DNA from: an uncultured Planctomycetota bacterium
Lineage (GTDB): Bacteria > Planctomycetota > Planctomycetia > Pirellulales > Thermoguttaceae
Reading direction: 5' to 3'
Assembly: GCA_902796885.1 (NCBI GenBank)
Contig: CADBQY010000077.1
Coordinates: forward strand, 126-64,125
Length of the DNA stretch: 64,000 nucleotides
Shown here: in pieces, positions 5,920 through 14,435 of the stretch
How positions within the stretch are numbered: the first letter of the stretch is position 1
How the letters are laid out: every line of letters starts with the position of its first letter
The notes under the pieces: model-generated
The model's input: the letters and a program-made list of their open reading frames with translations, nothing else
The model's database searches: none
What the model was told of the DNA's origin: nothing
Program-made: the position numbers and the translations under genes

Positions 5920-6731
5920 GCCGCCGGCCGTGGGTGACGCCGGCGCTGGAACCGGTGATTCTGGAGCTCTTCACGGCGGGGAAAACCTATCGTGAGATCA
6001 AGCGGACGGTCGGCTGTTGCGACGACACGATCAACGCAGTGCTTGCGAAAAACGGGATCCCGCGCCGGAGAGACGGGAAGCCGACGACGGCGGGGAACGC
6101 CGCGAAGATCGAGGCTCTGGCCGCCGCCGGCAAGACGAACTCCGAGATCGCCGAGTCGACGGGGCTGTCGGAACAGACGATACGGCGGTACCGTTACGAT
6201 CACGGGATTTCGCAAGACCCGCGCAAGCGCCGTCCGTTCGCGAGCCGTCTCGACGCGCACGACGAAACGGTCAGACGAATGCGGAGCTGCGGCGCAAGTT
6301 ACGTCGAAATCGGCGAGGCGCTCGGCGTGGGGCCCGGAACGGTCAGCCGCTACTGCGCGAAACGCGGTTACTGCGCCCCCGAATTTCCCGCGGAGACGCG
6401 GGAGAAGGTCCTCGACTTGGCGCGCGCCGGCGAACCGTGGCGCGTGATCGTGCAAGAGTCGGGACTGACAATCCATTTCGCCAAGGCGGTCTGTCGCACG
6501 GCGGGGCTCTGGCCGAAACCGCAAAAAAACCGGATATACGATCCGGAAGACGACGAGATCTGGTTCCCTCCCGCGGACGCGCCGGATTACGGCGACAATT
6601 TCCAACTCAAGCCGCAGCACCGCGAACGGCTGGAACACGTCCGCCGGTGCTTGCGGCACGGAAAATCGGTCTCTGGGAAACACAGACGAGTCATTAAATT
6701 TACACACCGTTCAACGAAAGGAACGACATGA
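5916..6731 (+). CDS. DNA-binding protein built of about four tandem HTH modules
   Basis: Four repeats fit a resolvase- or sigma-r4-type HTH pattern. They are ELFTAGKTYREIKRTVGCCDDTINAVLAKNGI, ALAAAGKTNSEIAESTGLSEQTIRRYRYDHGI, RMRSCGASYVEIGEALGVGPGTVSRYCAKRG and DLARAGEPWRVIVQESGLTIHFAKAVCRTAG. Confidence 0.7.
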   Translation: MSRRPWVTPALEPVILELFTAGKTYREIKRTVGCCDDTINAVLAKNGIPRRRDGKPTTAGNAAKIEALAAAGKTNSEIAESTGLSEQTIRRYRYDHGISQDPRKRRPFASRLDAHDETVRRMRSCGASYVEIGEALGVGPGTVSRYCAKRGYCAPEFPAETREKVLDLARAGEPWRVIVQESGLTIHFAKAVCRTAGLWPKPQKNRIYDPEDDEIWFPPADAPDYGDNFQLKPQHRERLEHVRRCLRHGKSVSGKHRRVIKFTHRSTKGTT

Positions 6732-7075
6732 CGAACTCACTTTTGAAACAGGTCCGCGCGCTGGTAAACGCCGCGCGGAACGAAAACTGGATCCCGTGCG
6801 GCAAGGCGTATGTGGCGCTCATGACGGTACTGCGCGTGGCGGTCCGTGAAGTTCTCGGCGAGAACACCGCGCAGACGACGCTGACGAAAGTCGCCTATGC
6901 GTGGCTCGAAGCGGCGGTTCAGGGTCAGGACGTGCCGTGCGAACTGCCGAAAAAGGCCGAGCCGAAACCGGCAGCCAAAACGGCAGCCGCGAAAGCAAAA
7001 CCCGCGGCGAAGAAATCCGCAAAGAAAACCGGGAAGCCCGCCGCCAAGCCCGCGAAGAAGGGAGCAAAGAAATGA
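6728..7075 (+). CDS. hypothetical protein with a histone-H1-like A/K/P-rich C-terminal tail
   Basis: This is a 115-aa ORF whose tail reads KKAEPKPAAKTAAAKAKPAAKKSAKKTGKPAAKPAKKGAKK. It has an ATGA overlap with the upstream gene. Confidence 0.65.
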   Translation: MTNSLLKQVRALVNAARNENWIPCGKAYVALMTVLRVAVREVLGENTAQTTLTKVAYAWLEAAVQGQDVPCELPKKAEPKPAAKTAAAKAKPAAKKSAKKTGKPAAKPAKKGAKK

Positions 7076-7372
7076 CCGACGCTCAAATTTTCCGCCCAGT
7101 GTGCGCGGCTCGAAAAACTTCTCGTCGCCAAGCACGCGAACTACGGCCGGAGCGCGGAGGAACGCCCGATCCTCGTTCCCGCGATCACGCCGAAGTTGGC
7201 GATCCTCGTCCGGATGTCGGACAAAGTCGCCCGGATCGCCGCGCTCAACGCGGGCGAAACGGACCGGGTCGGCGAATCGCTCGCCGACACCGTCCGCGAT
7301 CTGGCGGGCTACTGCGTATTGTGGCTCGCACTGCACGACGCGGCGTCCGAGGATCACGCGCTCGAAGTTTAA
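7076..7372 (+). CDS. DUF1599-like (nucleotide modification associated domain 1) protein; start codon unresolved
   Basis: My own translation in the frame of 6728..7075, directly after its TGA, reads PTLKFSAQCARLEKLLVAKHANYGRSAEERPILVPAITPKLAILVRMSDKVARIAALNAGETDRVGESLADTVRDLAGYCVLWLAL...EV*. The KHxxYG, RxxDKxxR and DxxxDLxxY motifs match my memory of DUF1599. The first in-frame ATG, GTG or TTG is TTG 7196, which lies after the conserved N-terminal motif. Confidence 0.55.
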   Translation, partial: PTLKFSAQCARLEKLLVAKHANYGRSAEERPILVPAITPKLAILVRMSDKVARIAALNAGETDRVGESLADTVRDLAGYCVLWLALHDAASEDHALEV

Positions 7373-7403
7373 CAGGAACCGTTTTTTGTCGAAAGGATTC
7401 ACA

Positions 7404-7619
7404 ATGCTCTGCATCACACGCTATCCCGGCGAATCGTTCGTCCTGACCCTCCCCGGCGGAGAGGAGATTTTCGTCGAAATCGCCGGCGAGTGCCGGCACC
7501 GTCTCAAGGTCCGGATCTCCGCGCCTGGCGAGGTGAAAGTGCTCCGGACCGAGCTGCTCGACCACACGCCGAACATTTACTTAAAGGGAAAACCCGTTCC
7601 GAATAAGGAGGTGAAATAG
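7404..7619 (+). CDS. csrA: CsrA-family RNA-binding protein (phage-encoded)
   Basis: MLCITRYPGESFVLTLPGGEEIFVEIAGECRHRLKVRISAPGEVKVLRTEL aligns with E. coli CsrA [53 protein letters not shown] lies upstream. This is only the 3' part of track ORF 6897..7619. Confidence 0.75.
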   Translation: MLCITRYPGESFVLTLPGGEEIFVEIAGECRHRLKVRISAPGEVKVLRTELLDHTPNIYLKGKPVPNKEVK

Positions 7620-8381
7620 ATGGCATTCACACACGCCAGCCGGGACCGCGTCCCTGTCAAAATCGGCCTGACCGGCGTTTCCGGCTCGGGCAAGACGTAT
7701 TCGGCGCTCCGGCTCGCCCGCGGGCTGGTCGGCCCGTCCGGCCGGATCGCCGTGATCGACACCGAAAACCATTCCGCGTCGATCTACGCCAGCGCGTTCG
7801 ACTTCGACGTCGACGACATCGAGGACTACCGCGCGAAAGTCTTTGAGGAATCGATTTCCGCCGGCGTCCGCGCGGGTTACGACTGCCTGATCGTCGACTC
7901 CGCGTCCCACATCTGGGAAGGCGTTTTGAGCTACAAGGTCAAGCTCGACAAGACGGGCGGAAACTCGTTTACGCACTGGCAGGACGCGGGCGAGAAGTGG
8001 AAGACGGTGATCAGCTCGCTGCTGCACGCGCCGATCCACGTGATCTGCTGTTTCCGCTCGAAGTCGGCGTACGTCCTCGACGACCAGGACGGCAAGCAGG
8101 TTCCGCGCAAGGTCGGGATGGCGCCGGTCGCGCGCGAGGGGGTCGAATACGAATTTTCTATCGTCTTCGACATCGCACGATCGCACCTGGCGATGACCGA
8201 CAAGGACCGGACGGGCCTTTTCCTCGACGACGACCCGTTTCTGATCACCGAAGAGACGGGGCGGAAGATCGCCGACTGGCTCCGGACCGCTCCCGCGCCG
8301 AAACCGGCAAAACCGGCGGAACCTCCCGCCGACCCGTGGTCGGACTGGACCAAAAACACCTTTACTAAAAAAACATCCTAA
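7620..8381 (+). CDS. Sak4-like (AAA_24) RecA-fold ATPase, phage recombination protein
   Basis: It has the Walker A GLTGVSGSGKTYSALRLA and Walker B CLIVDSASH, and is about 250 aa long. A DUF669 gene follows it, which is the usual pairing. Confidence 0.75.
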   Translation: MAFTHASRDRVPVKIGLTGVSGSGKTYSALRLARGLVGPSGRIAVIDTENHSASIYASAFDFDVDDIEDYRAKVFEESISAGVRAGYDCLIVDSASHIWEGVLSYKVKLDKTGGNSFTHWQDAGEKWKTVISSLLHAPIHVICCFRSKSAYVLDDQDGKQVPRKVGMAPVAREGVEYEFSIVFDIARSHLAMTDKDRTGLFLDDDPFLITEETGRKIADWLRTAPAPKPAKPAEPPADPWSDWTKNTFTKKTS

Positions 8382-8421
8382 AAATTTTACTTAACACAAT
8401 CAGTTTAAGGAGCAAACACAA

Positions 8422-9015
8422 ATGATTTTCAATAACGAAAACCCGAACGACATCAACACCGACCTGGGATTCGGCGGTCTCGCCGCCGTGTTTCCGAACG
8501 GCTGGTATAAACTCGCCCTCACCGCCGAGACGGAAGAGAAGTTGACCCGCAAAGGGGACAAGATGGGGCAGAATTTCACGTTCACGGTCGCCGAAGGGGA
8601 ACACGCCGGCAAGACCATCTCGACCTGGCTCTGTTCCCGTTGCCGTAACTCGGCCGACTCGTGGATGGAAGACCGCACGCGCGCGTTTTTCGCGCGGATC
8701 GCGCAGGTCTGCGGCGTGTCGAAGCTGACCAGCACGCAGCAGCTCCAGGGGCATCCGTTCGTCGCGCACCTCGTACAGGAGGAATACGACCGGCAGACCG
8801 TCGACAAGGAAACCGAAGAGGTCCGGGTCGAGAAGGCAAAACGCATGACGTTCGCACCGGGGAAGTTCACGGACATTATCGCGTCGCCGGCCGAACACGC
8901 CGCGCAGACTGCCCCCGCAACCGCCGAAACGCGCCGGTTCGTCAAAGCCGCGCGTCCCGCCGCTCCCGCCGAAGCCCTTCCCGACGCCGAACACACAAAC
9001 GAGGTGCCGTGGTGA
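8422..9015 (+). CDS. DUF669-like phage ssDNA-binding protein
   Basis: This is a 197-aa ORF with a strong AAGGAG site. Its position after Sak4 and its N-terminal pattern (GWYKLALTAEE...KGDKMGQNFTFTVAEGEHAGKTI) fit the family. Confidence 0.6.
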   Translation: MIFNNENPNDINTDLGFGGLAAVFPNGWYKLALTAETEEKLTRKGDKMGQNFTFTVAEGEHAGKTISTWLCSRCRNSADSWMEDRTRAFFARIAQVCGVSKLTSTQQLQGHPFVAHLVQEEYDRQTVDKETEEVRVEKAKRMTFAPGKFTDIIASPAEHAAQTAPATAETRRFVKAARPAAPAEALPDAEHTNEVPW

Positions 9016-9497
9016 CGTCAGCGCCGTTCGAGGCCCCGTCCGAGCCGTCCCGGATACGGATCCATTTTTCCGGCCTCCCCTGCTCCACCAATCGCGCGTG
9101 GCGCACGTTCGGGAGCCGGTGGGTCCTGTCGGACGCTTACGAACGGACGAAACGGGACGTGGCTGCGGCGGTCCTCGTTCAGTGCCGCCGTCTCCCCGGC
9201 GGGCTGGTTCTGCCGTGGCCGTTCTGCCGGGTCACCATCCATCTTTTTCCGCCGAACTGGCGCGAGATCGACGTGGATAACCGTTCCAAAACGCTTTTCG
9301 ACGCGCTGACCGACTGCGATTTTTGGCCGGACGACAAGTGCGTGACGGAAATGACAGTTCAGAAATGCCGCCCGGTTCGCGGCGGCCTGACGATCGTCGA
9401 TTTTACACGGAGCCCGGACCGCGCCGAGTGGCTCGGGTTCCCACCCGTCACACTGGATTTTCTCCCTCCAAGGAAGACTCCGAAAAAGCAAGGATAA
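9009..9497 (+). CDS. rusA: RusA-family Holliday junction resolvase
   Basis: The sequence IDVDNRSKTLFDALTDCDFWPDDKCV matches the RusA D-DN-K...D-L...DD-V motif. A GTG start at 9009 or 9012 overlaps the upstream stop. The longer track ORF 8661..9497 overlaps DUF669. Confidence 0.75.
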   Translation: MVTSAPFEAPSEPSRIRIHFSGLPCSTNRAWRTFGSRWVLSDAYERTKRDVAAAVLVQCRRLPGGLVLPWPFCRVTIHLFPPNWREIDVDNRSKTLFDALTDCDFWPDDKCVTEMTVQKCRPVRGGLTIVDFTRSPDRAEWLGFPPVTLDFLPPRKTPKKQG

Positions 9498-9499
9498 AA

Positions 9500-11506
9500 A
9501 TGGAATTACGCTACTACCAGCGGGCGGCGATCGACGCGCTGGCCGACTTCATCGGAAAGGACACACGGAACCCGTGCGTCGAAATCCCGACCGGCGGCGG
9601 CAAGACGCCGGTCATCGCCACGCTCACAGGCGAACTCGTCGCCTCAGGATATCGCGTGCTGATCCTGGCGCACCGCAAGGAGCTTTTGGAGCAGACTGCC
9701 GCCAAGATGGCTGTCTGGGCGCCGGACGTGAAGTTCGGCGTTCTCTCGGCAGGGCTGCGCCGGCGCGAGTTCGAAGGTCAGGCGCTGATCGCGGGGATCC
9801 AGTCCGCGTATAAATACGGCACGCGGATCAGCGCGTTCGGCCAGATCGATTTCGTGATCGTTGACGAATGCCACCTTATCCCCCCGGAACAGGAACGTAA
9901 AGGCGGGATGTATCAGACACTCTTCGCCGACCTCAAATCGTGCAATCCGGACCTGACGATCATCGGGTTCACGGCGACGCCTTACCGGCTCGCCTCTGGG
10001 CCCGTCTGTTCCGAAGACGGGTTTCTTAACGAGATCATTTATTCCGTTTCCGTCAAGGAGCTGATCGATCAGGGGTTCCTGTCGCCGCTGGTGACGAAGA
10101 TTCCCGATTTCAACGCCGATTTTGCCAAAATGCGGGTCGAGCGGGGCGAGTTCAAGGACGAAGACGTCGATTCGGTCTACGCCGCGCCGGCGAACGTGCA
10201 AAAGGCGGTCGCCGAAATGCTCACGTTCTGCGCCGCGCGCCGGAGCGTATTGATTTTCGTCAATACGGTCAAGGTCGGCAAAGCGGTTCTCGACGAGATC
10301 CGGCGCCGAACGGACGAATCCGCCGACTCGGTGTTCGGCAATACGGCCGCCGCGCGCCGCGCCGAGCTGATCGACCGGTTCCGCGCGGGCGAGTCGGGCA
10401 AGAAAAATCTGCTCGTCGACAAAGCGGAGCCGCTGAAATACCTCGTCAACTGCGGCGTGCTCACGACCGGATTCGACGCGGCGAACGTCGACGCGGTCGT
10501 CCTGCTCCGCCCGACGATGTCGCCGGGCCTCTATTACCAGATGGTCGGGCGCGGGTTCCGGATCTGTCCCGGCAAGACCGACTGTCTGGTCCTCGATTAC
10601 GGCGGGAATATTCTCCGGCACGGCCCGGTCGACGCGATCAAGCCGGAGAAAAAAACGCGGAAAAACGGAGATCCCGGTGCGCCGAAAGTGAAAAAATGTC
10701 CGAAATGCTCGACCGCCGTTCCGCAGTCCGAGCTCGAATGTCCGAACTGCGGCTACACGTGGCGGGACGAGTCGAACTTCTTCCCCTGTCCCGAATGCCG
10801 CGAACTGAACGCGCCGCGGAACCTGTTCTGCTGGCACTGCGGGTGCCGGTTCCCCGTCGAATCGAACGTCGAGGAACACGCCGAAACAGACGCGCCGAGC
10901 CTGTCGGGCGGGAACCGGCTCTCCGACCGCGCGGTCTTTTCCGAGCCGGTCGTCGAGACGCGCTACTGGCTTCATCACAAAAAGAACGATCCCGACGCGC
11001 CGCCTATGGTCTGGGTGCAGTACCGGACCGAGTCGGACGAAAAAGTGTCGGAATTTCTCCATTTCGAGAAGCCCGCGGGGACGTGGGGCCGCCGGCACGC
11101 CGAGGAATGGTGGGCGCAGCGCACGTCGATGCGCGAATGCCCGAAAACCGCCGCCGAGGCGGTGTATCACCTCGAACGCGGCGCGGCGTCCGAAGCGCTC
11201 GAAATCTCCTATCGCCCGGCGACGGCGTCCAGCCGATGGCCGGAGTTGGTTCGCGTCACGTCGACGACGCCGATCCCTGCCGACTACAAGCCGGGTCTGT
11301 TCCTCCCCGCGTGCGACTGCGGCGAGCTGGCGTGCCGGTATTTCTACGATCCGGAAATCGACGGCTACTCGGTGATTTGCGACACGTGCGGCACGCTTCG
11401 GCTCTACTTGGAACCGGACGAATACCGGCGCCGGAAACCGGAGTTCGACCGGCTCGGCGTCGAGTTCACGCCCTACGATCCCGCCGCCGACGAAGACGTT
11501 TTTTAG
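9500..11506 (+). CDS. SF2 DEAD/DEAH-box helicase with C-terminal zinc-ribbon cluster
   Basis: The protein starts MELRYYQRAAIDAL and has motif I PTGGGKT, motif II VIVDECH, and motifs V and VI TTGFD / QMVGRGFR. The CxxC pairs are CPKCS...CPNCG and CPEC...CWHCG. ATG 9500 with AAGGA upstream is the start, since the upstream part of the track ORF overlaps rusA. Confidence 0.85.
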   Translation: MELRYYQRAAIDALADFIGKDTRNPCVEIPTGGGKTPVIATLTGELVASGYRVLILAHRKELLEQTAAKMAVWAPDVKFGVLSAGLRRREFEGQALIAGIQSAYKYGTRISAFGQIDFVIVDECHLIPPEQERKGGMYQTLFADLKSCNPDLTIIGFTATPYRLASGPVCSEDGFLNEIIYSVSVKELIDQGFLSPLVTKIPDFNADFAKMRVERGEFKDEDVDSVYAAPANVQKAVAEMLTFCAARRSVLIFVNTVKVGKAVLDEIRRRTDESADSVFGNTAAARRAELIDRFRAGESGKKNLLVDKAEPLKYLVNCGVLTTGFDAANVDAVVLLRPTMSPGLYYQMVGRGFRICPGKTDCLVLDYGGNILRHGPVDAIKPEKKTRKNGDPGAPKVKKCPKCSTAVPQSELECPNCGYTWRDESNFFPCPECRELNAPRNLFCWHCGCRFPVESNVEEHAETDAPSLSGGNRLSDRAVFSEPVVETRYWLHHKKNDPDAPPMVWVQYRTESDEKVSEFLHFEKPAGTWGRRHAEEWWAQRTSMRECPKTAAEAVYHLERGAASEALEISYRPATASSRWPELVRVTSTTPIPADYKPGLFLPACDCGELACRYFYDPEIDGYSVICDTCGTLRLYLEPDEYRRRKPEFDRLGVEFTPYDPAADEDVF

Positions 11507-11521
11507 AAGGGATTCCGAAAA

Positions 11522-13969
11522 ATGGCAACGACCGCAACGACCGAAATTGCCGCCGCCGGCGCGTCGTATCTCGCCGCGGGTCTGAACGCGCTCCCCGCGT
11601 ACGCGGCGCGGAAATGTCCCGTCGGGTCGTGGAAGATCTACCAGACGCGGCCGAATGCGGACCCGGATTCGTTCCGCCGTGGCGACGCGCTCTGTCTGGT
11701 CGCCGGCGCGGTCTCCGGAAACCTTGAAATCGTCGATTTCGACCTTGAGGGCGAATTATACGCTCCCGCGCGCGAAAAGCTCGACGCCGAGTTCGGCGCC
11801 GACTGGACCGCGCGGCTCGTCGTCGAGCGCTCACCCTCCGGCGGCTACCATCTCGCCTACCGGTGCGAAGGGCCGGTCGCGGGGAATCAGAAGCTGGCGA
11901 TAAAAAAGGTCGATGTCGGAAAGACTGGAAGTTCGACGGTTTCATTCCAGAAAAAACAGTATCAGATTCAGCCCGACGGCGCGATCTACCCGGTCGGGAT
12001 CGAAACGCGCGGCGAGGGGGGGATCTGTCTGATCGCGCCGTCCCCCGGCTACACGCTGATTCAGGGCGACTGGACCGAACCGCCGACGATCACCGCCGCC
12101 GAACGCGAAAAGATCCTTGAAATCTGCCGTTCGTTCGACGAATCGCCTCAAAAGACGTCGGAGCCGAAGCCGGTTTCGGGCGTGAACCGTCTTTTGGCGG
12201 CGCGTCCCGCGGGTCCGGCGTCCGACGATCCATCCGTCTGGGCGCGGGAACAGGACTATTCGCCGAAACTCCTGGCCAAGCACGGATGGACGAAAGTCTG
12301 CGAAACCGATCAGTTCGAGCAATGGCGCCGGCCGGGCAAAGCCGACGGGATCAGCGGATCGCTTTATAAGGATACGCGCCTGTTCAAGTGCTTTTCGACA
12401 AACGCACCGCCGCTGATCGGCGACGGGACCTACACGCCGCTGCAGCTGATGGCGGCGTTCGAGACGGGCGGGGATTGCGCTGAAGCCGCCCGCCGAATCC
12501 GCGCCGTCATGCCCTCCGCAATCGGCACAAAACCGCACGAAACCGGAGCAAAACCGCCCGCGAGCGGAGCGAACAGCGCCGAAACGCACCCTCCCCGACA
12601 GAGACGTCCCAGAAAGCCAGCGGAAACGAAAAAGGCGTTCCCTGCGTCGGCGCTACAATGCGGAGGGACACTCGGCGCGATCATGGATTTCACGCGCGCC
12701 GTGTCGATCAAGGATCAGCCGGTTCTCGCCTACGCCGGCGCACTGGTGGCGATGAGCTACCTCTGCGCGCGGCGGGTCCGGACCCCGTCGAACGTCCGTC
12801 CGAACATCTACGTCTGGGGGATCAGCGGCGCGGGAACGGGCAAGGAGGCGGCGCGCCGCGTCTGCCGGAAAATTCACGCCGCATACGCCGAGTTCGGCTC
12901 GACCTGCCCCGAACGCTACGAATCGAAACAGGCGCTGGCGAACCACGTGCTGCACGACGGGCAGGTGATGGCGGTGCAGGACGAAGGGGGCCGGATGCTC
13001 AAAGCGATGGTCAGCCCGCGCGCGGGGAACTACGTCGCCGGAATCATCGACGAGGAGCTGATCCTCTACTCCTCGGCGAACGACACGCACTACACGCCCC
13101 GCATTTGCGCCAGCGAGGCGGTCAAAAACACGGCCAAAAGCGTCAGCCAGCCGCATTTCTGCCTCTACGACACCACCAACCCGGACGATTTTTTCGACGC
13201 GCTTAACTGGAACCTGATTTCCAACGGGTTCATTCCGCGCTGCCTCCTTTTCGAGGGGGAGGAGAAGCCAATGCGGATCGAGCGCGGCCTAAACGACGAA
13301 ATCGACTTCACCATTCCGCCGGCGTTGGCCGAAACGGTCCGCGCGTGGCGCAATTTCCGCCGCCCCGACTCGAACGCCGCGACGAAAGAGAACAACCCGC
13401 CCGACCCGCTCACGGTCCGCTACACGCCGGAAGCCGAAACGCTGATGGCGGCGTTCATCCGCGAACTCGACGACGCCGACCTTCCCGAAAAGGAGCTCCG
13501 CGAGTTCTACTCGCGCGCCGCCGAGAACTGCCACAAGCTCTGCCTGCTCCACGCATGTAGCAAGTTCGGGCCCGACGAGGAGAAGCTCGCGATCGACGCC
13601 GACTGCGTCCGCGCCGCCGTGGACGTGATCCGGTTTCTGCTGGCGCAGTTCCGCCGCTGGATCCGTCAGTATGTCGCGGAGAACTCCTACGAGGCGAACG
13701 TGAAGAAGGTCAGTGCGTGGTTCGCGCAGCAGCCGGGCGATTCCGTCACGCTCAGCAAGTTCACGCACCGCTGGTCCCGGTTCAAGAAGATCGAGCGCGA
13801 GGACATCCTCGACACGCTCATCGCCGCCGGCGAAATCAAGAAGGATTACACAACCGGAAGATGCCTGATACAGATTCGCGGCGAAGAGGAAGAGATTGAC
13901 ACGCAGGAACAAAAAGGACAAGAAGAGCCCGAACCGCTCCCGGCGCAGGCCGGCGCCCGGCAGCAATAA
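11522..13969 (+). CDS. bifunctional primase-polymerase (PrimPol) N-terminal domain fused to a P-loop NTPase domain
   Basis: The PrimPol motifs are LEIVDFDLEG (DxD) and SPSGGYHLAYRC. The C-terminal Walker A reads VWGISGAGTGKEAARR. The protein is 815 aa. Confidence 0.8.
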   Translation: MATTATTEIAAAGASYLAAGLNALPAYAARKCPVGSWKIYQTRPNADPDSFRRGDALCLVAGAVSGNLEIVDFDLEGELYAPAREKLDAEFGADWTARLVVERSPSGGYHLAYRCEGPVAGNQKLAIKKVDVGKTGSSTVSFQKKQYQIQPDGAIYPVGIETRGEGGICLIAPSPGYTLIQGDWTEPPTITAAEREKILEICRSFDESPQKTSEPKPVSGVNRLLAARPAGPASDDPSVWAREQDYSPKLLAKHGWTKVCETDQFEQWRRPGKADGISGSLYKDTRLFKCFSTNAPPLIGDGTYTPLQLMAAFETGGDCAEAARRIRAVMPSAIGTKPHETGAKPPASGANSAETHPPRQRRPRKPAETKKAFPASALQCGGTLGAIMDFTRAVSIKDQPVLAYAGALVAMSYLCARRVRTPSNVRPNIYVWGISGAGTGKEAARRVCRKIHAAYAEFGSTCPERYESKQALANHVLHDGQVMAVQDEGGRMLKAMVSPRAGNYVAGIIDEELILYSSANDTHYTPRICASEAVKNTAKSVSQPHFCLYDTTNPDDFFDALNWNLISNGFIPRCLLFEGEEKPMRIERGLNDEIDFTIPPALAETVRAWRNFRRPDSNAATKENNPPDPLTVRYTPEAETLMAAFIRELDDADLPEKELREFYSRAAENCHKLCLLHACSKFGPDEEKLAIDADCVRAAVDVIRFLLAQFRRWIRQYVAENSYEANVKKVSAWFAQQPGDSVTLSKFTHRWSRFKKIEREDILDTLIAAGEIKKDYTTGRCLIQIRGEEEEIDTQEQKGQEEPEPLPAQAGARQQ

Positions 13970-14435
13970 GGTCACGCCGCGGGAGGAGCGCCACATCCTC
14001 TACCTGATCGACCAGGGGAAGACCGTCGGCGAAATCCTCCGCGTCTCCGGCCGCGGGTATTACACCGTCCGCGCCATCGCCGAGCGGAACGGCCGGAAGC
14101 TCGCCCACCCGGTTCCCGCCGAACCGACCGAGGAGCAGAAGTCCTTAATGCTCGAACTCGGCGGAAAAGGGCTGGGCGTCGCCAAAATCGCCCGGCTGAT
14201 CGGGCTTCCCGAAAAGGCGGTCCGCAGCCACCTTCAAAAGGAGGGAATCTTCGTCGGACGCGGCGGAATGCTCTCCCCCGCGATTCAGGCGGAACCGTCG
14301 TTTCCGGAAACCGACGATTTTCACCTTTCGCCCGCCGAACGCGCCCGGCTCGAATACATCCGCCGACTCAAAAAAGCGAAATGGGAGCATTTGCACCCCG
14401 AACCCGGAAAGGAAAACGACAATGACACTGATTAA
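13896..14435 (+). CDS. two-module HTH DNA-binding protein
   Basis: The HTH modules are YLIDQGKTVGEILRVSGRGYYTVRAIAERNG and LELGGKGLGVAKIARLIGLPEKAVRSHLQKEGI. A TTG start with GAGGA upstream overlaps the primase gene by 74 nt, so the start is uncertain. Confidence 0.6.
   Translation: MTRRNKKDKKSPNRSRRRPAPGSNKVTPREERHILYLIDQGKTVGEILRVSGRGYYTVRAIAERNGRKLAHPVPAEPTEEQKSLMLELGGKGLGVAKIARLIGLPEKAVRSHLQKEGIFVGRGGMLSPAIQAEPSFPETDDFHLSPAERARLEYIRRLKKAKWEHLHPEPGKENDNDTD

Noticed and set aside
5613-6707. 364-aa minus-strand ORF
   Set aside because: It is antisense to three translationally coupled + strand genes. It is Arg-rich with no motifs, typical of a GC-rich shadow frame.
6897-7619. 240-aa and 181-aa + strand ORFs spanning 6897-7619
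   Set aside because: These are Arg/Ser/Pro-rich out-of-frame readings over the histone-tail and DUF1599-like genes. Only the last 72 codons of 6897..7619 (CsrA, from ATG 7404) are credible.
9644-11170. 508-aa minus-strand ORF
   Set aside because: It is antisense to the SF2 helicase, which has clear motifs I, II and VI. It is a shadow ORF.
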